The notes beneath the pieces were generated by a model. That model was given only the letters and a program-made list of their open reading frames with translations, was not told where the DNA came from and ran no database searches. Below, one piece after another: positions 32,058 to 42,226 of a DNA stretch of 64,000 nt. This stretch comes from an uncultured archaeon. Lineage in GTDB: Archaea > Asgardarchaeota > Lokiarchaeia > Sigyniarchaeales > SOKP01. The translations under genes and the position numbers were made by a program. Each line of letters begins with the position of its first letter. The first letter of the stretch is position 1. The stretch covers positions 1 through 64,000 of the forward strand of contig CAZGJX010000003.1 of NCBI GenBank assembly GCA_964525635.1, given 5' to 3'.

Positions 32058-34256
32058 ATGTCTAATAACAAATTAACCGAAATAGAACATTTAGTTCTAC
32101 ATGGAAAATATCAACAAGCATTAAAAATCCTAAATTCAGTTGAAAAAAAGAGAACTATAACAGATGATGAAATGTTAATGAAGTTATATTTAATGATTTT
32201 TGTGCATCTTGATAAAGGTGAATTTCAAAAAGGACGAGATCTTGCTGATGAGATGTTAAAAATTTCAAAGGAACAGAATAATAAATTGCGGATGATTGAT
32301 TCTTATATTGGGAAAACTGAAAATACAATATGTTTAAGCTTTTATGAAGAGTCATCTAATACCATTCAAATTGCGGAAAAACTCTTAGAAAAATTAGAAG
32401 ATGAAACTTTGCAGGAATATAAACATAGAAAGGCTTACTTGAAATTTTTAAAAGCAAGAATTTATCAAGATTCACATGAAATCATTAAAGCAACAGAATT
32501 ATTTGAACAAAGTTATGAATTAAGAAAGCAAATAAATGATAAGTTTGGAATGTTGTTCACTTTATTAAATTGGGGTATTTCAACAACGGCTATTGGAGAT
32601 TTTAAAACGGGTGAAAAATACCTAAATAAGAGTCTAAATATTGCAAAAGAATTAAATAATGAAATAGGAATTATTTGGAATATCGTATATTCTGGTTGGA
32701 TTAAATATCATCTAGGGGATCTAGATACAGCAATTTCTCACGCAAAAGAAGGACTTTCGATATGTGAGCCAAAGAATCTTGATTATTCAATAACTCATTG
32801 TTATGATCTTCTTGGAAATTGTTATCTTGTTAAGGGTGATTTAAAAAAAGCATTATCTTATTTCGAGAGAAATTTAGAATTTAGATTAAAGCAAGGATAT
32901 AACAATTTAATAACTCAGTCTTATTATAGCATTGGAAATGTATATTATCAGAAGGGTGAACTTAAGAGAAGTTTATCATATTACAATAAAATATTAAAAA
33001 GTCCTGAGGTTAAAGAAGACACAATATCTAAACCAACATATTTAAGCACAATTGGTAAAATTTATGGAGAACTCGGAGATTTTGAAACTGCTAAAAAGTT
33101 CCTATTGGAAGCATTAGATTTACTACGAAAGAGGAAAATATTTATTTATCATTATTTAAATTTTGATATTTCAATAGCAAAAACAATTCATTATTTAATT
33201 GTCCTCTCAGTAAATAATAATGATTTTGAAAATCTCAATCATTTATTAGAAGAATTGCATAAATTAAGCGATCAATTTCCTAAATTCAAACAAATCAGGC
33301 AATTATATCGGTTAGATAAAGCTATTATTTTAAAATCAAGTAACCGATTAATGGATAAAATGGAAGCATGGACAATCTTTAAAGGAATTGCTGAAGAAGA
33401 TATAAATGATCATCAAATAACAATTGAAGCTATGACAAATCTGTGTGAATTACTGATATATGAATTAGAATTAACGGGAAATAACAGTTTATTAAAGAAT
33501 ATAGAAGAACTTTCAGATGAATTATTAATCATTGCAAAATCCCAATACCTCTATAATTTAATGGTTGAGACCTATTTTTTTAAAGCAAAATTGTCTTTAT
33601 TAAATTTGAATATAAAGGATGCACGGCTATTATTAACAAAAGCGCAAAAAATTGCGAAAGACCATGATTTAAATCGATTAGCAAAAAAAATATCAAATGA
33701 ACATGATTCTTTATTGGTTCATATAGATGATTGGGAAGAAATGATTAGAAAAAAGATCCCTCTACAGGAAAGAGTAAATTATTCTAGACATGAATTTCTT
33801 TTTTCTAAAATGATCAGATCTAAAATTGAAAGGACACCAATTGAAAAGGATATACCCGTATATATCGTAATACTTTACCCTTATGATGGTCGTTGTTTAT
33901 ATAGTAAAGCTTTTCAAGATATTAGTATTAACGATGGTAATCTTATAGCAAGCTTTATTTCCGCTATTAATCTATTTGGTAAAGAAGCTTTATCTTCTTC
34001 AGGTTCAATTGATCGTATCAAACATGGTGATTTTTTGATCATTCTTCAACCCAAAGAAAAATTATTATTTGGATATGTATTCAAGGGGCAATCCTATTTC
34101 GCAAAAACTAAATTAGATAATTTTATCGAATTTTTATTAAATTCAACTAATTGTTTTAAAGTTTTAGAAGAATCCATACATAATCATCTTGAAATCTCAG
34201 AAGAAACTCGCTTAGAAATTGAAAAAATAGTACAACAAATTATTTTAAAAAATTAA
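32058..34256 (+). CDS. TPR + longin-like protein, copy 6
   Basis: Full-length paralogue. Confidence 0.9.
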   Translation: MSNNKLTEIEHLVLHGKYQQALKILNSVEKKRTITDDEMLMKLYLMIFVHLDKGEFQKGRDLADEMLKISKEQNNKLRMIDSYIGKTENTICLSFYEESSNTIQIAEKLLEKLEDETLQEYKHRKAYLKFLKARIYQDSHEIIKATELFEQSYELRKQINDKFGMLFTLLNWGISTTAIGDFKTGEKYLNKSLNIAKELNNEIGIIWNIVYSGWIKYHLGDLDTAISHAKEGLSICEPKNLDYSITHCYDLLGNCYLVKGDLKKALSYFERNLEFRLKQGYNNLITQSYYSIGNVYYQKGELKRSLSYYNKILKSPEVKEDTISKPTYLSTIGKIYGELGDFETAKKFLLEALDLLRKRKIFIYHYLNFDISIAKTIHYLIVLSVNNNDFENLNHLLEELHKLSDQFPKFKQIRQLYRLDKAIILKSSNRLMDKMEAWTIFKGIAEEDINDHQITIEAMTNLCELLIYELELTGNNSLLKNIEELSDELLIIAKSQYLYNLMVETYFFKAKLSLLNLNIKDARLLLTKAQKIAKDHDLNRLAKKISNEHDSLLVHIDDWEEMIRKKIPLQERVNYSRHEFLFSKMIRSKIERTPIEKDIPVYIVILYPYDGRCLYSKAFQDISINDGNLIASFISAINLFGKEALSSSGSIDRIKHGDFLIILQPKEKLLFGYVFKGQSYFAKTKLDNFIEFLLNSTNCFKVLEESIHNHLEISEETRLEIEKIVQQIILKN

Positions 34257-34442
34257 AAAGAAATATTTAAGGACTTCATATTTAATAATTAGACTTTTTC
34301 TTAATCCTAATAAAATAAAACAATTTTCATTTTCAATCCTTAATTATAAATAGATATTACTTACATAAATTGTATAGAATATATAAAATCGAATTATATT
34401 AGTTATTTCATTGATAAAATCAAAATTATTCTTGTAGTTGTT

Positions 34443-36638
34443 ATGTTTGATAAACAAGAGAATTTAATAGAGCAGTACATATCTTATGGTCAATTTCAAG
34501 AAGCTTTCGATGAAATTAATTCAATAGAAAAGAAGCGTCCTTTACTTGAAAATGAAATATTTCAAAGATATTATGTGAAAATTTTCCTAAATCTCGATAA
34601 AGGTGAATTTCAAGAAGGGTGGGATCTCGCTGATGAGATGATCGAAGAAACACATAGGAAAAATAAAAAGTTATATGAATTGGATGCGATTATAGGAAAG
34701 ATAGAGAATGGTATTTGTTTATCTAAATTTGAGGAATGCTTTGAGTTAATACAAAAAGCTGAGTATATTATCAATAGTCTAGATAATATATCTAAAAAAG
34801 AATTGAAACTAAGAAAAGGATATCTTACTTTTCTTAAAGGTAGAATATATCAAGAAACTCATGAAGTCTTTAAAGCATTAGAGTTTTATCAGAAAAGTTA
34901 TAAAATAAGAAAGGAAATCGGTGAAAAATCTGGTTTATTATGGTCTTTATTAAATTGGGGAATAGTAGCAAATTTTATCGGAGAATTTCAAGAAGCGGAA
35001 AAATGTCATAAGCAGAGTTTAGAAATAGCTGAAGAATTAAATAATGAATTAGGAATTATATGGAACCTCATATCTTTAGGGTGGATCAGTTATCATTTAA
35101 GAGATCTTAAACTAGCATTTTATTATGCAAAAAAAGTTCTTTCAATAAGTAAATTAAATGAATTTAAGTATATATTAACATATTGTTATGATTTACTAGG
35201 ATATTGTTATATTTTAGAAGGTAATTTACAAACAGCTTTAGATTATTTCCAAAAAAGTTTAATTGTCAGATTGGAAGAAGGATATACACATTTTCTTGCC
35301 CAATCTTATTATAACATTGGATTAATATATAGTCAAAAGGGAGAACTTAAAGAAAGTTTATATTATTTCAATAAAGGTTTAAAAACTCTCAATGTAAAAG
35401 ATGATTTTATATTTAAGCCAACTTATTTAATTGCTATGGGTAAAGTATATGGAGAGCTTGGTGATTACCCTACTGCAAAAAAATATTTGATAGAAGCTGT
35501 AGACTTACTAAATAAGAAAAATATAGTTTTATATCATTTTTTACCATTTCATGTATCATTCGCAAAAGCATTTCACTATTTAATTGTTCTTTCAATAAAT
35601 AATAATGATAAAGAAAATATTGATAATTATTTGACACAATTACATAATTTAAATAAAAAATATGAAAGGCTCAAATTAACTGACCAATTATATCGATTAG
35701 ATAAAGCAATAATATTAATTTCAAGTGGTCATCTAATAGAGATTATGAAAGCAGGAACAATATTAGAAGATATTATGAATGAAAAAATAATTGATCATGA
35801 TATTGTAATAGAAGCAATGATTAATCAATGTGATGTTCTATTAAAAGAGTTAGAAATGACAGGGAATGATGAAATATTAGATGAATTAACAGAAATCTCA
35901 GAGAGATTACTACAAATTTCTCAATCCCAATATTTATATGATTTATATTCGGAATCTTATTTATTAAAGGCTAAAATTTCATTATTAAATTTAGATATTG
36001 ATAATGCACGTTTATCTTTGACAAAAGCTCAAAAAATCGCAAATAAATATGATTTAAAATTATTAGCAAGTAAGATATCTAATGAACATGATTCTTTATT
36101 GCAGAATTTAGATGAATGGGAGGAAAAAGCTAAATTAAATATTCCATTACAAGAAAGGTTGAAAGATTCTAGATATGAATTCTTATTTTCAAAAATGATT
36201 AGATCAAAAATAGAAGAATTACCATCAGAAAAGGAGATACCAATCTATTTTGTCATTTTAAATAGTTACGATGGTCAATGTCTATATGAAAAAATGTTTG
36301 AAGATATACAGATAATGGATGGAAATCTAATAGCAGGATTTATTTCTGCAATCAATTTTTATGGAAAGGAGGCATTTTCATCATCAGGTTCAATTGATAG
36401 AATAAAACATGGGGATTATTTAATTATACTTAACTCAATAGAAAATTTTATTTTTGGATATGTATTTAAAGGTAATTCATTTTCTGCAATTAATAAAATG
36501 AATAAAACTATTGAAACATTACAATTATTTAATAGCACTTTTGAAGACTTAAATAAATCAATTCAAACTCACCTTGAAATATCTGAGGAAACTAAATCAT
36601 TTATTGATAAAAAAATCCAAGAAATATTTTTGTTATAA
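34443..36638 (+). CDS. TPR + longin-like protein, copy 7
   Basis: Full-length paralogue. Confidence 0.9.
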   Translation: MFDKQENLIEQYISYGQFQEAFDEINSIEKKRPLLENEIFQRYYVKIFLNLDKGEFQEGWDLADEMIEETHRKNKKLYELDAIIGKIENGICLSKFEECFELIQKAEYIINSLDNISKKELKLRKGYLTFLKGRIYQETHEVFKALEFYQKSYKIRKEIGEKSGLLWSLLNWGIVANFIGEFQEAEKCHKQSLEIAEELNNELGIIWNLISLGWISYHLRDLKLAFYYAKKVLSISKLNEFKYILTYCYDLLGYCYILEGNLQTALDYFQKSLIVRLEEGYTHFLAQSYYNIGLIYSQKGELKESLYYFNKGLKTLNVKDDFIFKPTYLIAMGKVYGELGDYPTAKKYLIEAVDLLNKKNIVLYHFLPFHVSFAKAFHYLIVLSINNNDKENIDNYLTQLHNLNKKYERLKLTDQLYRLDKAIILISSGHLIEIMKAGTILEDIMNEKIIDHDIVIEAMINQCDVLLKELEMTGNDEILDELTEISERLLQISQSQYLYDLYSESYLLKAKISLLNLDIDNARLSLTKAQKIANKYDLKLLASKISNEHDSLLQNLDEWEEKAKLNIPLQERLKDSRYEFLFSKMIRSKIEELPSEKEIPIYFVILNSYDGQCLYEKMFEDIQIMDGNLIAGFISAINFYGKEAFSSSGSIDRIKHGDYLIILNSIENFIFGYVFKGNSFSAINKMNKTIETLQLFNSTFEDLNKSIQTHLEISEETKSFIDKKIQEIFLL

Positions 36639-36913
36639 TTATTTATCTTTTTAAAAATAATATAATTTATATTCAATTAAAAAGTCCAACAATTATATTC
36701 TCTCATAAATACAATTCTTCATTAAAAAATTTTATATAAAAAAAAAAAAATCTAAATCCATAATTTTATATATAATATTGATTATTATTCGATTGTATTT
36801 GCATAATAATTAGGGATAACTAATATATTTTAACTAATTTCAAATTTGTATAATGAAAATTTGAAAAAATATCATTTAGTCATTATAAAAATTATTTAAT
36901 CTAAATAATAATT

Positions 36914-39103
36914 ATGTGTCATTATCAAATAGATGAAAATATTTCATACGGAAAGTATCTTGAAGCCCTAGAAAAATTAAAATTAATTGAGAAAAAAAGA
37001 ACACTAACTAGTGATGAATATTTATTAAAAATTTATGTAAACATTTTTATATTGCTTGATAACGGAGAATTTCATAGAGGTAAGGAACTTGCTGATAAAA
37101 TGATTAAAGAATCCAGAAAACAATGCAATATTTTAATGGAAATTGATGCATTAATAGGAAAAATTGAGCATAATTATAGTTTATCTATTTATAATGAATC
37201 ATTTGAATTAGTAGAGCAAGGAGAGAATCTTTTAAAAAAAATAAATGATAAAGAAATAAATCAAATAAAAAAACGTCAAGCATATTTATTATTTCTGAAA
37301 GGAAAGCTTTACCGTGATTCACATAATATAAAAAAAGCTTTAGAGCTATTTAAACAGAGTTATGAATTAAGAAAAGAAATTAATGATAGATTTGGAATGA
37401 TTTGGAGTTTATCAGAATTAGGAATATCAAGTACTACAATTGGAGATTTTAAAATAGCTAAGAAATATTTGAAAGAGGGTATAACTTTAACTAAAGAATT
37501 AGATGCAAGAATAGGTTTGATTTGGTGTTTAGTCCATATTGGTTGGGTAAGTTATCATTTAAGAGATTTAAATAGTGCTACATCATATGCAAAGGAATGT
37601 CTTTCAATCTGTCATTATAAAAAAAATAGTATTGCAATTTCACTTTGTTATGATCTTCTGGGTCATTGCTCCCTTGTAAAAGGAGATTTAAAAAATGCGT
37701 TACTCTTATTTAAGGATGGTCTTAATATTAGAAAAGAAAACAAATTTAATAATTTAATTCCATACTCTTATTGCTTAATAGGAGAAGTCTATTGTCAAAA
37801 GGGTGAATTTAAAAAAAGTATAGAATATTTTGATAAAATAATTGAAATTAAAGACTATTATTTAGGTGATATGTTTAAGCCTATGTATTTAAATGCATTA
37901 GGGAAGATCTATGGAGAATTAGGGGAATATAAGATTGCAAAAAAATATCTATTAGAAGCTTTAGATTTTTTAAAAAAAAAAAAGATATATCTCTTTCAAT
38001 TTATAAATTTTAATATATCCACAATAAAAATACTTCATAATTTAATTGTACTCTCAATAAATAACAAAGATTTTGAAAAAGTAAATAATTATTTAGATGA
38101 TTTATATCAAATCAAATTAAAGCATTCGGAGTTAAAACAAGTTGATCAAATATATCGATTAGATAAGGGTATTATTTTAAAGTCAGGAAATCGTTTAATG
38201 AACAAGATTAAAGCAGAAAAAATATTTAATGAAATTATTGAGGAAGAGAGAATTGATAATGAAATTACTATTGAAGTAATGAAAAATCAATGTGAAATCT
38301 ATCTATATGAATTAGAAATAAGTGGAGAAAAATATATACTACAGGAAATGGAGATGCTTTCTGATAAATTATTCATGATAGCCGAATCTGAGGAATTATT
38401 TGATACATTAGCCGAAGCATATTTTCTTAAAGCTAAAATAGCGTTATTAAATTTAGATATAAATAATGCACGCTTATTATTGACAAAAGCACAGAATATT
38501 GCAAATGAATATGAACTAACACGATTAGCAAGTAAAATATCTAATCAACACGATTCCCTTTTAATGAATTTAGATAAATGGGAGGAGAAAATTGAACAAA
38601 ATCTCACATTAAAGGAAAGATTAATAAATTCTAAAAATGACTTCCTGTTCTTTGAAAAAGATAGTTTAAATTCAATTGAAAAAGAAGATAAAAATGAAAT
38701 ACCGGTCTATTTTTTAATTATAAACAATATCAACGCAGAATGTATATATAATAAAGCATTTCAGAATATAAATATGGATGATGGTAGCCTTATAGCAGGA
38801 TATATTTCAGCCATTAATATTTTTGGAAAAGAAGCCTTTAATTCTTCAGGTTCGATTAACCGTATAAGACATGGTGAATATATAACAATTTTAGCTTTAA
38901 AAGAGGAATTTTTATTTGGATATATCTTTAAAGGTTATTCTTATTCTGCTATATCTAAATTGAATAAATTTATCAAAGAATTATCATACCTTACTTCTAA
39001 TTTTGAAAATATTACTTTAGAATTTGAAAGAAATCTAAAACTCCCTGAAGAACTCCATATAACTATGGAAAATTTAGTGGAAAACATTTTCTTGATGAGT
39101 TAA
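36914..39103 (+). CDS. TPR + longin-like protein, copy 8
   Basis: Full-length paralogue. Confidence 0.9.
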   Translation: MCHYQIDENISYGKYLEALEKLKLIEKKRTLTSDEYLLKIYVNIFILLDNGEFHRGKELADKMIKESRKQCNILMEIDALIGKIEHNYSLSIYNESFELVEQGENLLKKINDKEINQIKKRQAYLLFLKGKLYRDSHNIKKALELFKQSYELRKEINDRFGMIWSLSELGISSTTIGDFKIAKKYLKEGITLTKELDARIGLIWCLVHIGWVSYHLRDLNSATSYAKECLSICHYKKNSIAISLCYDLLGHCSLVKGDLKNALLLFKDGLNIRKENKFNNLIPYSYCLIGEVYCQKGEFKKSIEYFDKIIEIKDYYLGDMFKPMYLNALGKIYGELGEYKIAKKYLLEALDFLKKKKIYLFQFINFNISTIKILHNLIVLSINNKDFEKVNNYLDDLYQIKLKHSELKQVDQIYRLDKGIILKSGNRLMNKIKAEKIFNEIIEEERIDNEITIEVMKNQCEIYLYELEISGEKYILQEMEMLSDKLFMIAESEELFDTLAEAYFLKAKIALLNLDINNARLLLTKAQNIANEYELTRLASKISNQHDSLLMNLDKWEEKIEQNLTLKERLINSKNDFLFFEKDSLNSIEKEDKNEIPVYFLIINNINAECIYNKAFQNINMDDGSLIAGYISAINIFGKEAFNSSGSINRIRHGEYITILALKEEFLFGYIFKGYSYSAISKLNKFIKELSYLTSNFENITLEFERNLKLPEELHITMENLVENIFLMS

Positions 39104-39220
39104 TTCTTAGTTAAAATCTAGTTTTCTTGTATTTTAATAACTTACAAATTTATTTTTAATAAAATATAAATATGACTTATCCTTAAAATTCTCATAGTAC
39201 TTAAAATATGATATATTAAT

Positions 39221-39274
39221 ATGCATGCATATAAATTTAAACTCGGTTGGCAGTGGCCATGGCGTTTCGAATAA
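39221..39274 (+). CDS. candidate trp operon leader peptide MHAYKFKLGWQWPWRFE (17 aa)
   Basis: ATG 39221 to TAA 39272-39274; three TGG within five codons; directly upstream of the trp genes. Confidence 0.8.
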   Translation: MHAYKFKLGWQWPWRFE

Positions 39275-39338
39275 CGCTCTTGCATTGGTATAATCATATT
39301 TTAGTATGTGCTTTTTAATAGAATCATGCTATTTTTTT
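39257..39338 (+). promoter_or_regulatory. candidate attenuator region: hairpin over the leader stop codon followed by U tracts
   Basis: GCGTT(39262-66)/AACGC(39273-77) stem; T5 at 39312-39316 and T7 at 39332-39338. Confidence 0.5.
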
Positions 39339-39447
39339 ATTGATCATTTATATCTAATAAATGTGCTTTACAATATTGATTTCCTATATGTTAAAGTTAC
39401 ACATCTATGATGTTAAATTAAAATAATAAAATTAAAATGAAATAAAA

Positions 39448-39690
39448 ATGTTGGAAGAAAAATTAATATCTAAAAAAATGAATGAATTAAATGATTTAGA
39501 TTCAATTATAGATTCAAATGAGTTACATATCTCTCAAGAGAAGATCTATACTCAAGTAATGAAACTTATCAATAAAAAAAAGACAATCATTTTTGGTCCA
39601 GAAAAAAGTAAAACAGCAAAATTTATTGCTGAAAATTGTATGGATGTGTACAATATAATTAGAAAATATTATATGGAGAATTCTGATTAA
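39448..39690 (+). CDS. hypothetical 80-aa protein, first gene of the trp operon
   Basis: Stops 1 nt before the trpD ATG. Confidence 0.65.
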   Translation: MLEEKLISKKMNELNDLDSIIDSNELHISQEKIYTQVMKLINKKKTIIFGPEKSKTAKFIAENCMDVYNIIRKYYMENSD

Positions 39691-39691
39691 G

Positions 39692-40750
39692 ATGTCTGAA
39701 GAGATTAAGATATTAACAGGATTAAACAGTGTAATTAAGAATATAGATCTATCAACCAATGATGCAGAAGAAATAATGCGTGAGATTATGAGCGGAAGAG
39801 TCACTAACGCTCAATTAGGAGCATTTTTAACTGCATTAAACATGAAAGGTGAATCTATTGATGAAATAGTTGGATTTGCAAAAATTATGAGAGAATTTGC
39901 AAATCGTATCGAACCAAATGTTTCAGGTGAATTATTGGATACATGTGGAACAGGAGGAGATAAAATAAAAACATTTAATATTAGCACGATTTCTGCAATA
40001 GTTCTTGCTGGAGCTGGAGCTTATGTTGCAAAACATGGGAATAGAGCAGTTACAAGTAAATGTGGAAGTGCTGATTTATTAGAAGGACTTGGAGTAAATA
40101 TAGCTTTAGAACCAGGAAAAGTAAAGAATTGTATTGAACAAGCAGGAATTGGCTTTATGTTTGCTCCTCTGTTTCATCCTGCTATGAAATATGCAATGCC
40201 TACTAGAAGAGAATTAAAAATCCGAACTGTCTTTAATATTTTAGGTCCTTTAACAAATCCAGCTAATGCAAAATGTCATGTTTTAGGTGTATTTAAAAAA
40301 GAGATGGTTCCAATCATGGCGAAGGTTCTAAAAGGATTAGATGCAAAACATGTCTTTACTGTTCATAATTCATATGGAATTGACGAACTTGCTCCCACAG
40401 GAGTAAATTATATTACAGAATATATGGATGGAAACCTTGAAAGTTATGCAATTACCAATAAAGAATTTAATATTCCTGATTGTTCTATTAATGAATTGTT
40501 AGCCGGAAATCTTGAGGAAAATTTAAAAATAGCAATTGATATTCTCAAAAATCAATCTTCTGGGGCAAAATTTAATACGGTTTTAATGAATGCTGCTTTA
40601 GCATTAAAAAGTATAGATATTGCTCATGATTTTCAAGAAGGTGTGGCAATTGCTAAAGAAACGATTGAATCTGGAAAAGCCTTTGATAAATTAAAAAAAT
40701 TTATTGAAATTTCTGGTGGAGATATCCAAAAATTAATGAATCTTACATAA
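39692..40750 (+). CDS. trpD: anthranilate phosphoribosyltransferase
   Basis: DTCGTGGD, FNIST, KHGNRAVTSKCGSAD, RTVFNILGPLTNP. Confidence 0.98.
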   Translation: MSEEIKILTGLNSVIKNIDLSTNDAEEIMREIMSGRVTNAQLGAFLTALNMKGESIDEIVGFAKIMREFANRIEPNVSGELLDTCGTGGDKIKTFNISTISAIVLAGAGAYVAKHGNRAVTSKCGSADLLEGLGVNIALEPGKVKNCIEQAGIGFMFAPLFHPAMKYAMPTRRELKIRTVFNILGPLTNPANAKCHVLGVFKKEMVPIMAKVLKGLDAKHVFTVHNSYGIDELAPTGVNYITEYMDGNLESYAITNKEFNIPDCSINELLAGNLEENLKIAIDILKNQSSGAKFNTVLMNAALALKSIDIAHDFQEGVAIAKETIESGKAFDKLKKFIEISGGDIQKLMNLT

Positions 40751-40769
40751 ATTAAGAGTAAACTAAATA

Positions 40770-41573
40770 ATGGTTTCAGATAAAATAAGAGAAATAGTAA
40801 ACAAGAGATTAAAAACAATATCTAATGATATTGAATATGAAAAACATATGGAAAGTTCAATTCAAAATAAAAATATTTTAAATCTAAGTGAAACTATTAA
40901 AAATAATAAAGGAATTTCAATCATTTCTGAAATAAAACCAGCATCACCAACATTAGGAGAAATAAGAAGCAATATTAACGTTCCAGATATTGCTAAAATC
41001 ATGAAAGATTCAGGTGTTATTGGATTAAGTATTTTGACAGAACCAAATTATTTCAATGGTTCATATACTAATTTGAAATTAGCTGTTGAAACTACAGAAT
41101 TACCTTGCTTGATGAAAGATTTTGTTATTAATCCTATCCAATTTTCTATAGCTAGCAAACTTGGAGCAACGAATATTTTAATTATTAACTCAATTGAAAA
41201 TCTAAATTTAGAGGAGTATTATAATTTAGCAATGAATTATCATCTTGAACCACTTATCGAAATTCATGATATAGATGAAATTAAAGATATTCAACATTTA
41301 TTCGAAATTGGTTTTAATCCAAAATTAATTGGTGTTAATAATCGCAACCTGAATACCTTATTAATAGATCTTAATACATCTAAGAAAATTATACCAGAAT
41401 TAAAACAAGAATTTGGAAATAAAATTCAAATTGTAAGTGAAAGTGGTATAAATTCTCATAGTGATATTAAAGAATTGCAATCTTATGGTGCTAATGCATT
41501 TTTAATAGGATCTTCAATTATGAAATCAATTGATATTAGTAAAAAGATCCATGAATTAAGAGGTGTAGATTAA
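40770..41573 (+). CDS. trpC: indole-3-glycerol-phosphate synthase
   Basis: SEIKPASPTLG, SILTEP, KDF, GVNNRNL, SESGI. Confidence 0.97.
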   Translation: MVSDKIREIVNKRLKTISNDIEYEKHMESSIQNKNILNLSETIKNNKGISIISEIKPASPTLGEIRSNINVPDIAKIMKDSGVIGLSILTEPNYFNGSYTNLKLAVETTELPCLMKDFVINPIQFSIASKLGATNILIINSIENLNLEEYYNLAMNYHLEPLIEIHDIDEIKDIQHLFEIGFNPKLIGVNNRNLNTLLIDLNTSKKIIPELKQEFGNKIQIVSESGINSHSDIKELQSYGANAFLIGSSIMKSIDISKKIHELRGVD

Positions 41574-42226
41574 TGGAATATATTAAAATCTGTGGTATCA
41601 AAAATTTTGATGATGCCAAACTATGTATTGAAAATGGAGCAGACGCAATAGGATTTGTATATAATGTCCCTTCTTCTCCAAGAAATCTAGAAATAAATGA
41701 AATTAATTCACTTATTAATCAGATAAATAATAAGATTTCTACAGTCTTAGTAACTAAATCTAATAATTTGGAGGAAATTCAAAGATTAATAAAGGAGTAT
41801 AATATTACATATTTTCAAATACATTCAAATTTAGATATTAATGAGTTTAATCAACTTCCAACTGAAATAAAACAAAAACTTATTATAACTCTTAAAGTAA
41901 ATAATGAAAATAAAGATTCAATCACATCAATCATCAATAAATTCAATGACCAATTTCATGCCTTTTTATTAGATAATAGTGAAGGTCATGGAAATGAATT
42001 AGATATAAATCTAGTAAAAAAAATTATAACCAATTTAAAAGATACGAGAATTATTCTTGCGGGAGGAATAAATATTAAAAATATTGAAAATATTATTAAA
42101 ATTTTAAATCCCTATGGTATTGATCTTAGTAGCTCTTTAGAATCTGAAAAAGGAGTGAAAGACCCTAATAAAATTATAAATTTCTTAGAAAAAATAAATG
42201 GAATAAAAAATAACATTAAAAATTGA
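41573..42226 (+). CDS. trpF: phosphoribosylanthranilate isomerase
   Basis: IKICGI, GADAIGFV, SPR, ILAGG, DLSSSLES. Confidence 0.96.
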   Translation: MEYIKICGIKNFDDAKLCIENGADAIGFVYNVPSSPRNLEINEINSLINQINNKISTVLVTKSNNLEEIQRLIKEYNITYFQIHSNLDINEFNQLPTEIKQKLIITLKVNNENKDSITSIINKFNDQFHAFLLDNSEGHGNELDINLVKKIITNLKDTRIILAGGINIKNIENIIKILNPYGIDLSSSLESEKGVKDPNKIINFLEKINGIKNNIKN

